Origin: a virus
Length of the DNA: 64,000 nt
Strand: one strand, 5' to 3'
Virus record (IMG/VR): IMGVR_UViG_3300034110_001237
Location: 32,001-96,000 of that record
Part shown: piece after piece, positions 39,046 through 49,139 of the stretch
How the letters are laid out: the number at the start of each line of letters is the position of its first letter
Numbering within the stretch: the first letter of the stretch is position 1
Made by a program: the position numbers and the translations under genes
Notes under the pieces: model-generated
Databases searched by the model: none
Told to the model about the DNA's origin: nothing
Seen by the model: the letters and a program-made list of their open reading frames with translations, nothing else

Positions 39046-39483
39046 ATGAATAAAGATAACTTTCATACTGATAACTGTAAAGCAGATAAAAGGAAATCTA
39101 TTGTTATACTTTCAATTATTTCTTCAATCTACATACTTATTTTATTTGTTGTTTTTGGATGTATGTATATTTATCAATCTCTTTATTTTAAAAGTCAACA
39201 ATCTTCATTAGAAGTTTCAAAATTCACAATTTTTCATGATCAATTTGATAAGTCTACGCAAACATGGCTGATAGGTGTAATTTCAGACGATTCCGATATT
39301 GCTGGGTCTTTCTCCTGTGCAAAAAAACCACTCAACCACAATCCAGAGCTGTATTACGTTATTGATTACTTAACCACATTTTCCGGCAAAAACAAAAAAT
39401 CATATGATTTTGAAAATCTTATGAATTGCTATAAGATTGTTAAACTTCCAGAACTTGGTTCTGGCCGTCAGGTGAAGCTTTAG
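39046..39483 (+). CDS. single-pass membrane protein
   Basis: N-terminal TM, GGAG RBS; ends in TAG. Confidence 0.75.
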   Translation: MNKDNFHTDNCKADKRKSIVILSIISSIYILILFVVFGCMYIYQSLYFKSQQSSLEVSKFTIFHDQFDKSTQTWLIGVISDDSDIAGSFSCAKKPLNHNPELYYVIDYLTTFSGKNKKSYDFENLMNCYKIVKLPELGSGRQVKL

Positions 39484-39543
39484 TGGTTGATTTTTTCTCA
39501 ATTCATGATATAATGTCATTCTAAATTATTAGAGGTCTTTATC

Positions 39544-40023
39544 ATGGGTGTTACCTTTCAGGCTCAAATCAATCACAACGACTACCCAGAAGTTAAAGTC
39601 TTCATGGCTGATCGTTATCCTGATCTTGATGAAGAATACTTCAAGCTTGAAGGCTACTGCCCATTTGATGAAGAAACTCAACGCCATTACCAAATGGAGC
39701 GTGTCATTGACTTTAAACAAAGTCGTGATTTTAGTTATGCTAATTTCTATTTGATTTTGGATTTGGTTGATCGCAATATCCGTATTGCTACCCAAGCCGA
39801 TGGTGGATACTATGCTATTGATCATGCTGATATTCAGATTTTCCGCAAAAAAGTCTTTATGGCTTTGAATAAAGTCAATGAGATCAATGCTGTTGAACCC
39901 ACGCAAAACGGTAACTTCTATGATGGTGGTGCATCAACTGATTACATTCGTGATGCCATGACCGACATGCTTGAAATTATTGATCAGGCATACAAGAAAA
40001 ACTTAAACGTATTTTGGGCCTAA
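39544..40023 (+). CDS. hypothetical protein
   Basis: GAGG RBS, promoter upstream. Confidence 0.85.
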   Translation: MGVTFQAQINHNDYPEVKVFMADRYPDLDEEYFKLEGYCPFDEETQRHYQMERVIDFKQSRDFSYANFYLILDLVDRNIRIATQADGGYYAIDHADIQIFRKKVFMALNKVNEINAVEPTQNGNFYDGGASTDYIRDAMTDMLEIIDQAYKKNLNVFWA

Positions 40024-40373
40024 TGATGATAAAATCAAACCAGATATTTAAAGCCGGATTATGCACCATCTTTGGTGCTGTAGCTTTTTCATTATTTTTT
40101 TGGAATGGTTATATGAACGATACTGGTCGCTACATGATTTGGAAAGCCTTCGAAGGCGACTCCCAGCTTCTTATGTTTGCTGTCTTTATGATGCCTTTAC
40201 TGATGGGATTGCCGACTGGTTTTGGTCTTATCTTTTATTCTTTTCGTAGAGAACGCATTGAACTAGAAGATGAAATTAACGAACGGATTGCTATCAGGGA
40301 TCAAAAATTAGAAAATCCTGCATTAACAGCTACTGAACGTTTAGATATTATTCTAGACACTCACAAACACTAA
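40023..40373 (+). CDS. membrane protein, 2 TM helices
   Basis: TAATG coupling; hydrophobic segments. Confidence 0.75.
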   Translation: MMIKSNQIFKAGLCTIFGAVAFSLFFWNGYMNDTGRYMIWKAFEGDSQLLMFAVFMMPLLMGLPTGFGLIFYSFRRERIELEDEINERIAIRDQKLENPALTATERLDIILDTHKH

Positions 40374-40388
40374 CTACGGAGGTTTCAT

Positions 40389-40769
40389 ATGACAATTGCT
40401 CAGAAAGACAATGAAAGTTTTGTTAACGCTATACGTTCAATGACTGAAAAGTTTATTGTTCTCTATGAAAGTAAATCTGTATCCCAAGATTTTTCTTGGT
40501 TTAAGTTTCGTGATGATACACTTTTAACCGCAATCCAACATTCTTTTGGTGAGCTTACTAAAGAAGAACGTGAGCAATATGATCATGTGTTTAATAATGT
40601 CATGAATCTGCATGGTTATGTTCAAAAAAAGGTCAGTATGTTTGATGATGAAGTCGAAGTGTGGCACACAACCCCCAGTTTGAATATTCAGCTTCATGAA
40701 TACCTTGGCATTGCTTGGGGTGATTATCACCATTTTATGTTTGGGCGTAATGTTTATTCAAAACAATAA
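40389..40769 (+). CDS. hypothetical protein
   Basis: GGAGG RBS; EVWH...LHEYLG motif. Confidence 0.85.
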   Translation: MTIAQKDNESFVNAIRSMTEKFIVLYESKSVSQDFSWFKFRDDTLLTAIQHSFGELTKEEREQYDHVFNNVMNLHGYVQKKVSMFDDEVEVWHTTPSLNIQLHEYLGIAWGDYHHFMFGRNVYSKQ

Positions 40770-40783
40770 AATTAGTTAATATA

Positions 40784-41419
40784 ATGAGGTGCTGCTTGTT
40801 AAGTCCAACAGAAAGAAATACATTCATTACAACAGCCATTCAATTCGCTTCGAAACATAAGATACCAACGAATAATTATCTTGATAAGTTTCGACTTTCA
40901 TTTCATGATCATAAAAATGAAGAATTCGTGCCTAATCATTATTTTGATTATTCAAGATATGCTTCAATTATCTTGAAAGATTTCGATCTACAACACTCTA
41001 ATTTAAAACTAACAAGCCTATTAAAACCTTATATTAAACACTTGAATATTAACATTGATTTTGATCGACTGCGATTGCATCAATATTATAAAATTGGCTT
41101 AAAACCAGATTACTCATCAATTGAAGATGTGTTATATTTGAGCATTCAACTTGTTAGTATTAATCCTACCAAAGAAGTTCAAGATAGAATAACGATTCGA
41201 TATTATTTTACACCTATCAAAACTTATTTTAAACAATCTATTTTTCCTCGCAGTTTTAATGCTGATGGTTTTGTATTGCATGTTTATTACAAAGATATTG
41301 AATCGTCAGTCATTGCTTTGTTGGAAAGCAATAGAAGAGTCATTGAAAACATCCTTGGATACAGCATTGATCACGTCAATCAAGACACTGTTGACCTTCT
41401 AGATATGTCAATGATTTGA
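40784..41419 (+). CDS. C-terminal DMxxI-tag family protein
   Basis: Ends LLDMSMI; paralog of the next gene (LKxDY, VYYKDxES); start uncertain. Confidence 0.8.
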   Translation: MRCCLLSPTERNTFITTAIQFASKHKIPTNNYLDKFRLSFHDHKNEEFVPNHYFDYSRYASIILKDFDLQHSNLKLTSLLKPYIKHLNINIDFDRLRLHQYYKIGLKPDYSSIEDVLYLSIQLVSINPTKEVQDRITIRYYFTPIKTYFKQSIFPRSFNADGFVLHVYYKDIESSVIALLESNRRVIENILGYSIDHVNQDTVDLLDMSMI

Positions 41420-41513
41420 TTTTATCATCTTTTCGTTGACTCTAACGTCTAAATATGCCATAATATAGCATCATTAACTGACAGTAGACACATATATTTA
41501 TTGGTATTTTTTC

Positions 41514-42143
41514 ATGAAAGCAAATGATAATGACATTGATTATTTCAAATCACTTTTAGCTGTGTTTTCTGCTGAACATAAACTCCACGTTGATAAATAT
41601 TGTTCAAGAAGACTCTTGAGTTTTTACACTCATGATTTCAAGCCGCTTATGTTGCATAAAATGGATATTGATATCGTCGCCCCACTGGTGTTAAAGCCCT
41701 TCAAAGCTTTTAATGTCGAACGACTGGTTAAAAAAGCAAAAATTATCTTTGATGAATTTGTTGATGAACGTCTTGAAGGCTTTATGCTGCCTGATTTTTA
41801 TGATACCTTTGAAACGCATACTATTCAATCTGTTGTATTGAAGAAGGATTATACCAGTCTTCTGGATGTGGCTTATTATCAGGTTGAATTGATTAGTGAT
41901 ACAAAACCTACTCGTATTTTTATCAACCTTCATACTGAGCCTGTTACGCCTTCTTATCGAAGAGACAGTAACAAGCGAGGTTCTATTAAATATATCATTG
42001 CTGATGTTTACTACAAAGATATGGAGTCTATTAAGGAACCTATGTTAGCCTATTATTTAACAGAAGTCAGTGCATTCCTTCAAATTCCAGTTACTGACAT
42101 GGATGAAAACGTCTTGACCTTGATTAAAATGGCTAAAATCTAA
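41514..42143 (+). CDS. C-terminal DMxxI-tag family protein
   Basis: Ends LIKMAKI. Confidence 0.8.
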   Translation: MKANDNDIDYFKSLLAVFSAEHKLHVDKYCSRRLLSFYTHDFKPLMLHKMDIDIVAPLVLKPFKAFNVERLVKKAKIIFDEFVDERLEGFMLPDFYDTFETHTIQSVVLKKDYTSLLDVAYYQVELISDTKPTRIFINLHTEPVTPSYRRDSNKRGSIKYIIADVYYKDMESIKEPMLAYYLTEVSAFLQIPVTDMDENVLTLIKMAKI

Positions 42144-42160
42144 AAACATATCCTTTTTTC

Positions 42161-42189
42161 TTGACGAATTTATATTTTTTTAGTATAAT
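42161..42189 (+). promoter_or_regulatory. sigma70-type promoter
   Basis: TTGACG-17nt-TATAAT. Confidence 0.8.
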
Positions 42190-42222
42190 CACGAGATTGA
42201 GAATAAAAGAGGATTTCATAAA

Positions 42223-43308
42223 ATGTCTACGTTTAAAGCAACCGTTCTTTCAGTCATTGTTGAGCCACACCCTAACGCTGATGCGATTGAACTGGCTCGC
42301 GTTGGTGATTTCTTTTCGATTATCCAAAAAGGATATTTGAAAACTGGCGATTTGGCTGTCTATATCCCAGAAGGTGCCCTTGTCCCTGAATTCATTCAGG
42401 AAGAAGTGGGGTGCCTCGGTAAATTGGCAGGTTCCAAGAAAAATCGTTTGAAACCGTCTATGCTTCGTGGCGTGCTTAGCCAAGGTCTTTGCTTTAAGGC
42501 CCGTGAAGGTTGGGAAATTGGTGATGATAAAGCCGAAGAATTGGGTATCGTGAAATATGAGGCTCCTATTCCAGCTTCTATGAATGGTGAAATTTCTAAC
42601 GTAGGCATTGAAAACACTTTCCACTTTGACATTGAAAACGTCAAACGCTACCCTGATGTGTTGGTTGAGGGTGAAGAAGTGTCGATGACTGAAAAACTGC
42701 ACGGTACTTTTACTATTGCAGGTAGTGTGTATGGTAAAGCTCCAATTCCACACACTGTTAATGGTCGTTCTTTTGTGAGTAGCAAAGGATTCTTTAACAA
42801 AGGTTTGGTGCTTCGTGATAACGAACAAAATGCTCATAACATTTACATTCGTGTAGCGAAGAAGTTTAATCTTTATGACATTACGGCTATCCTTTCAGAC
42901 CGTTACAAAACTAACGCTTACATTTCGGGTGAAACGTTTGGTGCTGTTCAAGATTTGACTTACGGTCTTGAAGCGGGTGTGTTCGATTTCCGTGTGTTCA
43001 ATGTGTTCCTTGGTAATCGTAGCGAAGCAAGTGGTGTGTTCCCAGTGAACGATGATGTATTAGAAGAAATTCTTGCTGAGTTCGACTTGAAGCGTGTTCC
43101 AGTGCTTTACAAAGGGCCATACAGTAAAGAAGTGATGTTGAAATATACGGATGGATTTGAAACCTATTCAGGCAAAGAAACACACATCCGTGAAGGTTTG
43201 GTTATTGAACCACTTGTTCAGCGTCGTGACCCAACCATTGGGCGTGTTGTCTTGAAAAGTGTTTCAACTGCTTACTTGTCGCGTAAAGGTGGCACTGAGC
43301 TTAACTAA
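42223..43308 (+). CDS. ATP-dependent RNA ligase, DRB0094-like family
   Basis: N-terminal HPNADAIE / LRGVLSQG module; motif I TEKLHGT, GETFG, FRVF, REGLVI, LKSVS. Confidence 0.9.
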   Translation: MSTFKATVLSVIVEPHPNADAIELARVGDFFSIIQKGYLKTGDLAVYIPEGALVPEFIQEEVGCLGKLAGSKKNRLKPSMLRGVLSQGLCFKAREGWEIGDDKAEELGIVKYEAPIPASMNGEISNVGIENTFHFDIENVKRYPDVLVEGEEVSMTEKLHGTFTIAGSVYGKAPIPHTVNGRSFVSSKGFFNKGLVLRDNEQNAHNIYIRVAKKFNLYDITAILSDRYKTNAYISGETFGAVQDLTYGLEAGVFDFRVFNVFLGNRSEASGVFPVNDDVLEEILAEFDLKRVPVLYKGPYSKEVMLKYTDGFETYSGKETHIREGLVIEPLVQRRDPTIGRVVLKSVSTAYLSRKGGTELN

Positions 43309-43355
43309 TCGCAATACTTATAGGAGCCAAAAGGTTCCTTTTTTTTGAGGTCTTA

Positions 43356-43697
43356 ATGATGATTACAATGACGTGCGAACAAATTAAAGCAGCCGTTGGA
43401 TTGGTAGCTTTAAAACACAATCTGGATATTCATTGGAGTTCCGAAGATTCATTTACATGGATTACCATGTGGCGAGATGGCTTTAAATTCAAAGCGTCCG
43501 AAGCTGAGCAGATTTCTCAAGAGATTGCAGACGCTAGTGGTTGTGATTTCTACTTGAACAAAATCATTGCTGATGGTTTTGAAGGTGCCCTAGATGCTTA
43601 TTTCCGTAAAGTGCTGCCGGATGAAGTGCCAAAACATTATATCGACTATGGTAATACACACATTGATGATTATGGTGAACGATTTATTGCTAAATAA
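43356..43697 (+). CDS. hypothetical protein
   Basis: GAGG RBS; flanked by near-identical terminators. Confidence 0.8.
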   Translation: MMITMTCEQIKAAVGLVALKHNLDIHWSSEDSFTWITMWRDGFKFKASEAEQISQEIADASGCDFYLNKIIADGFEGALDAYFRKVLPDEVPKHYIDYGNTHIDDYGERFIAK

Positions 43698-43703
43698 TCC
43701 ATT

Positions 43704-43729
43704 TAAAGGAGCCGAAAGGTTCCTTTTTT
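43704..43729 (+). terminator. intrinsic terminator
   Basis: AAAGGAGCC-GAAA-GGTTCCTTT plus T tract; near copy at 43322-43346. Confidence 0.8.
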
Positions 43730-43780
43730 GTTGCTATCATGGTATAATCAGTCATCAAATTATCTAGAGCCTTCTTAATC

Positions 43781-44380
43781 ATGAACGAAAAAATTAGCCG
43801 TTTACTCAACGCTTTTTATCACATCAGCTTTGATGGAACCGATTACTTCTCTGTTTCACCTACCGTACCACACGATGGTATTTCAGAGTTGGCGATTTGT
43901 ATTGCTCATGATTGTGATATTCATGTCATGCCTTGCATTAATCCAGACGTTACTTCTTTGCGTGATGCAGATGGAACCATGAATGATATTTATCAAGACA
44001 TGTTCTTTTCCTTTGAACAATACCCGACTCTGACAGGCTTCTTGAAGATTGCCGCTCGTGGGATTGGTATGGATAACATGCTTGGACGTATTACCAGTGG
44101 AGTGGATCTTAAAAATCCTGTTGAATTAATTAATGCCATTGTGGCAGAGCAAGACTACCCAGAAATTATTGAAGGCTTTGTCTACTCTCGCCTACAAGAT
44201 GATAATGATGGTGAAGATACCTCAACGCTGGATATCAGCTTTGACAGTGTAGGGGCGTATGTGAAGGTTCGTTCACTGGATAGCCTTCGTTATCGGACAA
44301 GCTATGGCGGTGGTAAAAGTGACCGTCTTCGTAATTCTTTGCTGTTGATTTGTTATATCATTCATCATAACCTTGTCTAA
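43781..44380 (+). CDS. hypothetical protein
   Basis: 199 aa, TGGTATAAT upstream. Confidence 0.85.
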   Translation: MNEKISRLLNAFYHISFDGTDYFSVSPTVPHDGISELAICIAHDCDIHVMPCINPDVTSLRDADGTMNDIYQDMFFSFEQYPTLTGFLKIAARGIGMDNMLGRITSGVDLKNPVELINAIVAEQDYPEIIEGFVYSRLQDDNDGEDTSTLDISFDSVGAYVKVRSLDSLRYRTSYGGGKSDRLRNSLLLICYIIHHNLV

Positions 44381-44430
44381 TCCATCGTAAACTGCTATAA
44401 TAAGCCATACTTTTTCATCGGAGATACATT

Positions 44431-44859
44431 ATGACTACTTTGCACAAAGGCTTTAACAAAATCATGGAAAGCGAATCCATCTTGAGTGGTAACGTTCACT
44501 CGACGGTTCAGCGTTCGATGTATGTTCGTGGTATTCATAATGTTGAATGTAATGGTTATGATTTTAAAACAGGTGAACTTCATCAACGTGACATGAATAT
44601 TTTTACTGATTGGATGCAGCGTAATGTATCGGCTGATTACCTTGTTCGTGATGATTTCTACAAACGAGTGTCTGACCTCGCTTTTAAAGGTGATGTCTGC
44701 TTGTATATCTTCCACAGTTCGCCTAAATCGGCTGCGATTGCTATTGCAGTTTCGGATAAAACAGGACTGCAGTATTTCTACGAATTGAAAGGCGATGTTA
44801 AAAATCGCAGTATCGTCAATTACATCAAAAGTGAATTGAACACCAAGGGATGGTTTTAA
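44431..44859 (+). CDS. hypothetical protein
   Basis: GGAG RBS, TGCTATAAT upstream. Confidence 0.85.
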   Translation: MTTLHKGFNKIMESESILSGNVHSTVQRSMYVRGIHNVECNGYDFKTGELHQRDMNIFTDWMQRNVSADYLVRDDFYKRVSDLAFKGDVCLYIFHSSPKSAAIAIAVSDKTGLQYFYELKGDVKNRSIVNYIKSELNTKGWF

Positions 44860-44952
44860 CTGCCATTTATCTAACTCCTAGTTGAAACTTTGACTTTCAC
44901 TCAGATTATAGTATACTGATTTGAAGTTAGAAGAAAACAACTAGGAGTATTT

Positions 44953-45453
44953 ATGTTTAAAAAAACCCTATTCGCGTGTCTTTTGATCAGTAGTTCCTTA
45001 GCTGTTCATGCCGAAGATTTTTCACCTTTTGGAATCAAAATCGGAGAGACGAGTTCTTTCTATCCAAAAAATCTCCAACCCACAGTTCTTGAACCAGTAA
45101 AAGTTCAGCCGCCTGCACCTGTTGATGACTTTTTCAATGAATACAACGTTTATTTTAATGACGATCAATTGGTTCGTAAAGTCGAAGCATCTGGTGATTT
45201 AACATCTGGTAAATACAGTTGTGTGGATATTGCTAATTCACTTAACGACACATTCATCAAAACCTATAAAAACGCTCAACCGGGTGTTCAAAATGGTGCA
45301 ATGTATGCTTATACCGTTGAAAGTGGAACAGACACCTATTCTGCTTATATCTCATGTGATGACACGTCTATTCATTATGTGATGTTCAATCCCGGTCTTG
45401 AAAAAATACGCGATAACATTGAAAACCCACCAAAAACAGATGTAAAATTGTAA
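44953..45453 (+). CDS. putative secreted protein
   Basis: Signal peptide ending AVHA; FGIKIG; Cys pair. Confidence 0.85.
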   Translation: MFKKTLFACLLISSSLAVHAEDFSPFGIKIGETSSFYPKNLQPTVLEPVKVQPPAPVDDFFNEYNVYFNDDQLVRKVEASGDLTSGKYSCVDIANSLNDTFIKTYKNAQPGVQNGAMYAYTVESGTDTYSAYISCDDTSIHYVMFNPGLEKIRDNIENPPKTDVKL

Positions 45454-45541
45454 CCTTTTTTGTTTTGAATAATTAGCCAGCACTTGTGTTGGCTTTTTTG
45501 TTTTTTCTGTTATATTAAATGTTTTAAGGAGAACAAAAAAA

Positions 45542-45931
45542 ATGGCAAACATCCCAAAATTAAGTATTCGTCTAACTGACAGTTTTAATTCAGCACTCGA
45601 TGAAATCAAAACCGCTATTAATGATTTTAAAGCAATGGATGAGTTACATGATCCCTACATGGTCGAAATGGTTATTAGAGACGCTTGTGCTAATAGCGAT
45701 GAAAATATTCCAGATGATTATGATTTTGAATTGGATCAAGAATCCTTGTATATCAATATCTCGCACCTTCCTAAGTTAAAACAATGCACCCCCGCTGAAC
45801 TTAGTTTGTTGGAATATTCGTTTAAAGATTCTGAATTGAAGTTGTGGTTTTATATCACTCATGATGATAAATATTTTGTCTTTATACAAGCTCCATTATC
45901 TCATATCCTTGAGAATGCTAGGAAATACTGA
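45542..45931 (+). CDS. hypothetical acidic protein
   Basis: AAGGAG RBS. Confidence 0.8.
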   Translation: MANIPKLSIRLTDSFNSALDEIKTAINDFKAMDELHDPYMVEMVIRDACANSDENIPDDYDFELDQESLYINISHLPKLKQCTPAELSLLEYSFKDSELKLWFYITHDDKYFVFIQAPLSHILENARKY

Positions 45932-46362
45932 TGACTGATATTGTTCCTTTACTACCACAACTTGTCCATACACCTGATATTGTTAAAGCCATTGATACCA
46001 TCACTGGCTTGATTTCTCAGGTTAAATCAGCCGATGATCTTTTTTCAAAAAAAGACATCATCGACAGAGCACCAGAACTTGATTATCGTATGCATTATGA
46101 GAAAAAACTGCCTAATGATATGTTATTTATTCCTATTCCTTTTGAAATACTCAACATCTCAAACGCTGAAATTGAAGTCGTTAAACGCTACTTTGAGATT
46201 AGATCTGGTATCGTTTTTTCAATCAAGCATATTAAAGTGAAGCATGTTTATAATCATTGTATTGGATTCTCAATGGATGTTTTGTATCCGTCATCAGAAA
46301 AAGCAGAGAAAATTGAACCGATTAAAGCAGTAGCTAAGATTCCAGTAAAAAAAGGTAAATAA
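45931..46362 (+). CDS. hypothetical protein
   Basis: TGATG coupling. Confidence 0.8.
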   Translation: MTDIVPLLPQLVHTPDIVKAIDTITGLISQVKSADDLFSKKDIIDRAPELDYRMHYEKKLPNDMLFIPIPFEILNISNAEIEVVKRYFEIRSGIVFSIKHIKVKHVYNHCIGFSMDVLYPSSEKAEKIEPIKAVAKIPVKKGK

Positions 46363-46670
46363 AAACCCCGCTCTTTCGAGCAGGGCTTTCGGAATGAGGT
46401 AAGATTGGCGATGAATTGCCGATAAAGATATCTTATGATCCCCGCAATAAGACGGCCCTTGGTGGCTATAATATTGCTGGTTACTTTTTACAACTCCCTT
46501 CCAGAATAACCACGACCAGTTAGGATGTTAGATTTTATATTAATACTGTCGATGAGGAAAAAACCTTCGAGACGCAAAAAACCTTTCGCACAGTGAATTT
46601 TTTTTAACAACTATTAAGTATACGGCCTGAAAAAAATTCAATAAAAAAATCCGATATACTCAACCAAGAT
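46361..46670 (-). ncRNA. candidate structured non-coding RNA
   Basis: ORF-free gap; minus-strand TTGACA-16-TATGAT promoter (46702-46675); several hairpins; ends in GCTC-GAAA-GAGC hairpin plus T5. Confidence 0.4.
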
Positions 46671-46703
46671 CTAAATCATATCACAAATAATACCCTTGTC
46701 AAT

Positions 46704-47339
46704 TCAACTATAACCAAGAATAACGTTGGTAGGTGCATAACTGGTTTTGTTCAAAGACGGTAGATATTTTACAATGTCTTCTGGCACGACTACATCAATC
46801 AAATAGCAGGATTCATTCTCGCTCATTATGAAACTTTGAAGCAAGTTGATAAACTCATTGCTGTCAAACAAGGCGTTAGGTACAAAAATATTTCTATCTT
46901 CCAGTTTCAAGAATGCTTCTTTATTGATTTCATCACCAACAATCAAGGTCAAATAGGTTTCATGTTGACGTGGCTCATGAAGACATACACCAATACTTTT
47001 GCAAGCTGCCCAGTAAGCATCCTGAATGACACTGACTTCTTCAACATGGTAAGGGAGCTTGAAGACAATGGTCTTTGCATTCACTCCTTTATCTACAGTG
47101 ATACTGTATACATCATCATACTCTTCGCTGATGAGTTCTTTGATTTCGCAGTAATGGATTGCGTTGTTAATCACATCATCTTGCGATGAGCCATGCAGCA
47201 CACGGTAATCTGATTCATGCCAAAAACGAATCCAAAACGCATCATCAGTGGATTGTTTGATCTTATTTTCATCAAAATCAATCTCGGGTTCGTTTGCAAG
47301 CACCCAAGCCAGTCGTTGTTCAGCGGTATAGTTTTTCAT
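46704..47339 (-). CDS. hypothetical acidic protein
   Basis: 211 aa, TGGTATAAT upstream on the minus strand. Confidence 0.85.
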   Translation of the reverse strand: MKNYTAEQRLAWVLANEPEIDFDENKIKQSTDDAFWIRFWHESDYRVLHGSSQDDVINNAIHYCEIKELISEEYDDVYSITVDKGVNAKTIVFKLPYHVEEVSVIQDAYWAACKSIGVCLHEPRQHETYLTLIVGDEINKEAFLKLEDRNIFVPNALFDSNEFINLLQSFIMSENESCYLIDVVVPEDIVKYLPSLNKTSYAPTNVILGYS

Positions 47340-47486
47340 GTGGATAAACCTTGTTGGAAGTAGACGGCAATTATACCAACATTTGAGTGAGTAATCAATC
47401 TTGATTTGTTGTTTTAAATAGGTGTATTTACTTTTATTTTGTTTGTGGCTATGGTATAATTAGACATCCTTTTAGAGAGCTTAACT

Positions 47487-48080
47487 ATGTTCGACATTAA
47501 GTATACTGAATTCCATGACATGCGTAAGATGGCTAATCTCATCAAGCGTCATAAGTTGTTTGAAAAAGAGCACCGTTCAAGCCGCTTTGAAAACAATGCC
47601 AATGATATTTTGGCAGGTGATGAAATTCGTCCTATGGGTGATGTTAATTTCATCAAAATCAGCCATTTCTCCACAGTGGTTTGTCGTGTTGATAAAAAGC
47701 CTGTTGGTTTACTTATTTTAGAACACTATATTGTTGCTGATACTATTGATTCATCTTTCATGTTGAGTCATAAAAAACGTCGTTATACCATGATTGGCTT
47801 GGTTGGCACCTATGTGAAACCAGCGTTTCGTAAAAGGGGTATTGGTCATGCCATGATGAATCTTTTAAATGAACACCTTCAAGATTTTCATGTCAGTGAT
47901 GACACTCATGTCCCTATGTTGGCAGCAACAGGAAAATCATTTGATTTGGTTCACTCTAAAATGCCTTCGTTTTGTCCCGTTGTCGCACCTTACAATGCAA
48001 ATAAATGGAAAGATACGGCTAAGAGTTGGTATACTTATAGTCGTCGCACAAACGAAGTAGATATGGTAGAATTTGTTTAA
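47487..48080 (+). CDS. GNAT family acetyltransferase
   Basis: YVKPAFRKRGIG acetyl-CoA-binding motif A. Confidence 0.8.
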   Translation: MFDIKYTEFHDMRKMANLIKRHKLFEKEHRSSRFENNANDILAGDEIRPMGDVNFIKISHFSTVVCRVDKKPVGLLILEHYIVADTIDSSFMLSHKKRRYTMIGLVGTYVKPAFRKRGIGHAMMNLLNEHLQDFHVSDDTHVPMLAATGKSFDLVHSKMPSFCPVVAPYNANKWKDTAKSWYTYSRRTNEVDMVEFV

Positions 48081-48121
48081 TTATGCTATAATACATCCAC
48101 ACATATTTGAGGATTAAGACA

Positions 48122-48406
48122 ATGTTCAGTAAAATTCTTTTTGGTCTTGGTGCTGCTTGGGCTTGGTTCTGGTATAACACCGTAACTCGTTTTCTGGTTG
48201 TCTTGATTCCCACTTACATGATTGCTGTAATCCCCTTTTTCGTTCATGTTGTTAAGGTGCCTCCTTCTGATATGGCGAACTCATTGTCTGCCGTCTATTT
48301 GCTTGTTTTCGGTTGGGCTGTTTACGATAATGATTTTTCTAAACGGCAAAAATACGGCATTCCAGAGAGGGTTTTCTTTAATAAGAAAGCGAAATCTGTA
48401 AAATAA
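48122..48406 (+). CDS. small membrane protein
   Basis: ATG after GAGG; hydrophobic segments. Confidence 0.75.
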   Translation: MFSKILFGLGAAWAWFWYNTVTRFLVVLIPTYMIAVIPFFVHVVKVPPSDMANSLSAVYLLVFGWAVYDNDFSKRQKYGIPERVFFNKKAKSVK

Positions 48407-48437
48407 GTTTTATTCATTTAAATTTTGGAGTTTTAAT

Positions 48438-48698
48438 ATGATTTCAGAACCACTTAACTATTATGATGAACAAGTCATTGCGTTGGATTTGACACGGCTC
48501 TATAAGCGAGAACAAGAATTGCTGGCAGAAATGATCCAGAAACAATCTGCTGCAACTTCGATGGTCGAACAAAAACAAATTATACAAGCCTATCGAGAAC
48601 AAGACGATGTGATTAAGTTTTCGGATCGAAAAGAAGAAATCATGCGGCGTCAACATGTGGCTAACGCTCGAAAAGAGGCCGCTAAAAACAAAAGTTAA
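48438..48698 (+). CDS. hypothetical coiled-coil protein
   Basis: GGAG RBS. Confidence 0.8.
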   Translation: MISEPLNYYDEQVIALDLTRLYKREQELLAEMIQKQSAATSMVEQKQIIQAYREQDDVIKFSDRKEEIMRRQHVANARKEAAKNKS

Positions 48699-48762
48699 TG
48701 ATTGCCTTTTTACATCATTTTTGTTATAATTGTCACATCTTAACCAAAACGAGAATTCCATC

Positions 48763-49137
48763 ATGAAAATTGCACACGTTGTTATTAAAGAAGCTGTCAC
48801 GCATTTTCTGGCTAATCAGCCCATCAATAATCTGATTAGTAAATTGTTTCGTGGTGGCCGACAAGTTCAAGATGATTTCGAAATTTTTAAACAAATTGGC
48901 TTCATGAAATTTGAAAATGGTGTGGGTACCATTCGTATGCATTGGAGCGATGTCATGCCACGTATTCTTGACCAGATTGAAAAACGTGAAGAGTTGGACA
49001 CTACCTTTATCATTGAAGTTAAAGGACTTGAAGCGGAAATCGTGGTAAGTTATGATACGCCTTCGATGTGGTTTAACATTACCTCGACAACATTTGATAA
49101 TCTTTTTGCACTGGCCGTGGAACGGTCAAAGGAGTAA
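48763..49137 (+). CDS. hypothetical protein
   Basis: ATG after GAG; TGTTATAAT upstream. Confidence 0.8.
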   Translation: MKIAHVVIKEAVTHFLANQPINNLISKLFRGGRQVQDDFEIFKQIGFMKFENGVGTIRMHWSDVMPRILDQIEKREELDTTFIIEVKGLEAEIVVSYDTPSMWFNITSTTFDNLFALAVERSKE

Positions 49138-49139
49138 CT

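Noticed and set aside
46551-46595. c-di-GMP-I riboswitch-like GGAAAAAACC...GACGCAAAA on the + strand
   Set aside because: The P2 GNRA/receptor pairing and P3 cannot be formed, and there is no downstream plus-strand gene.
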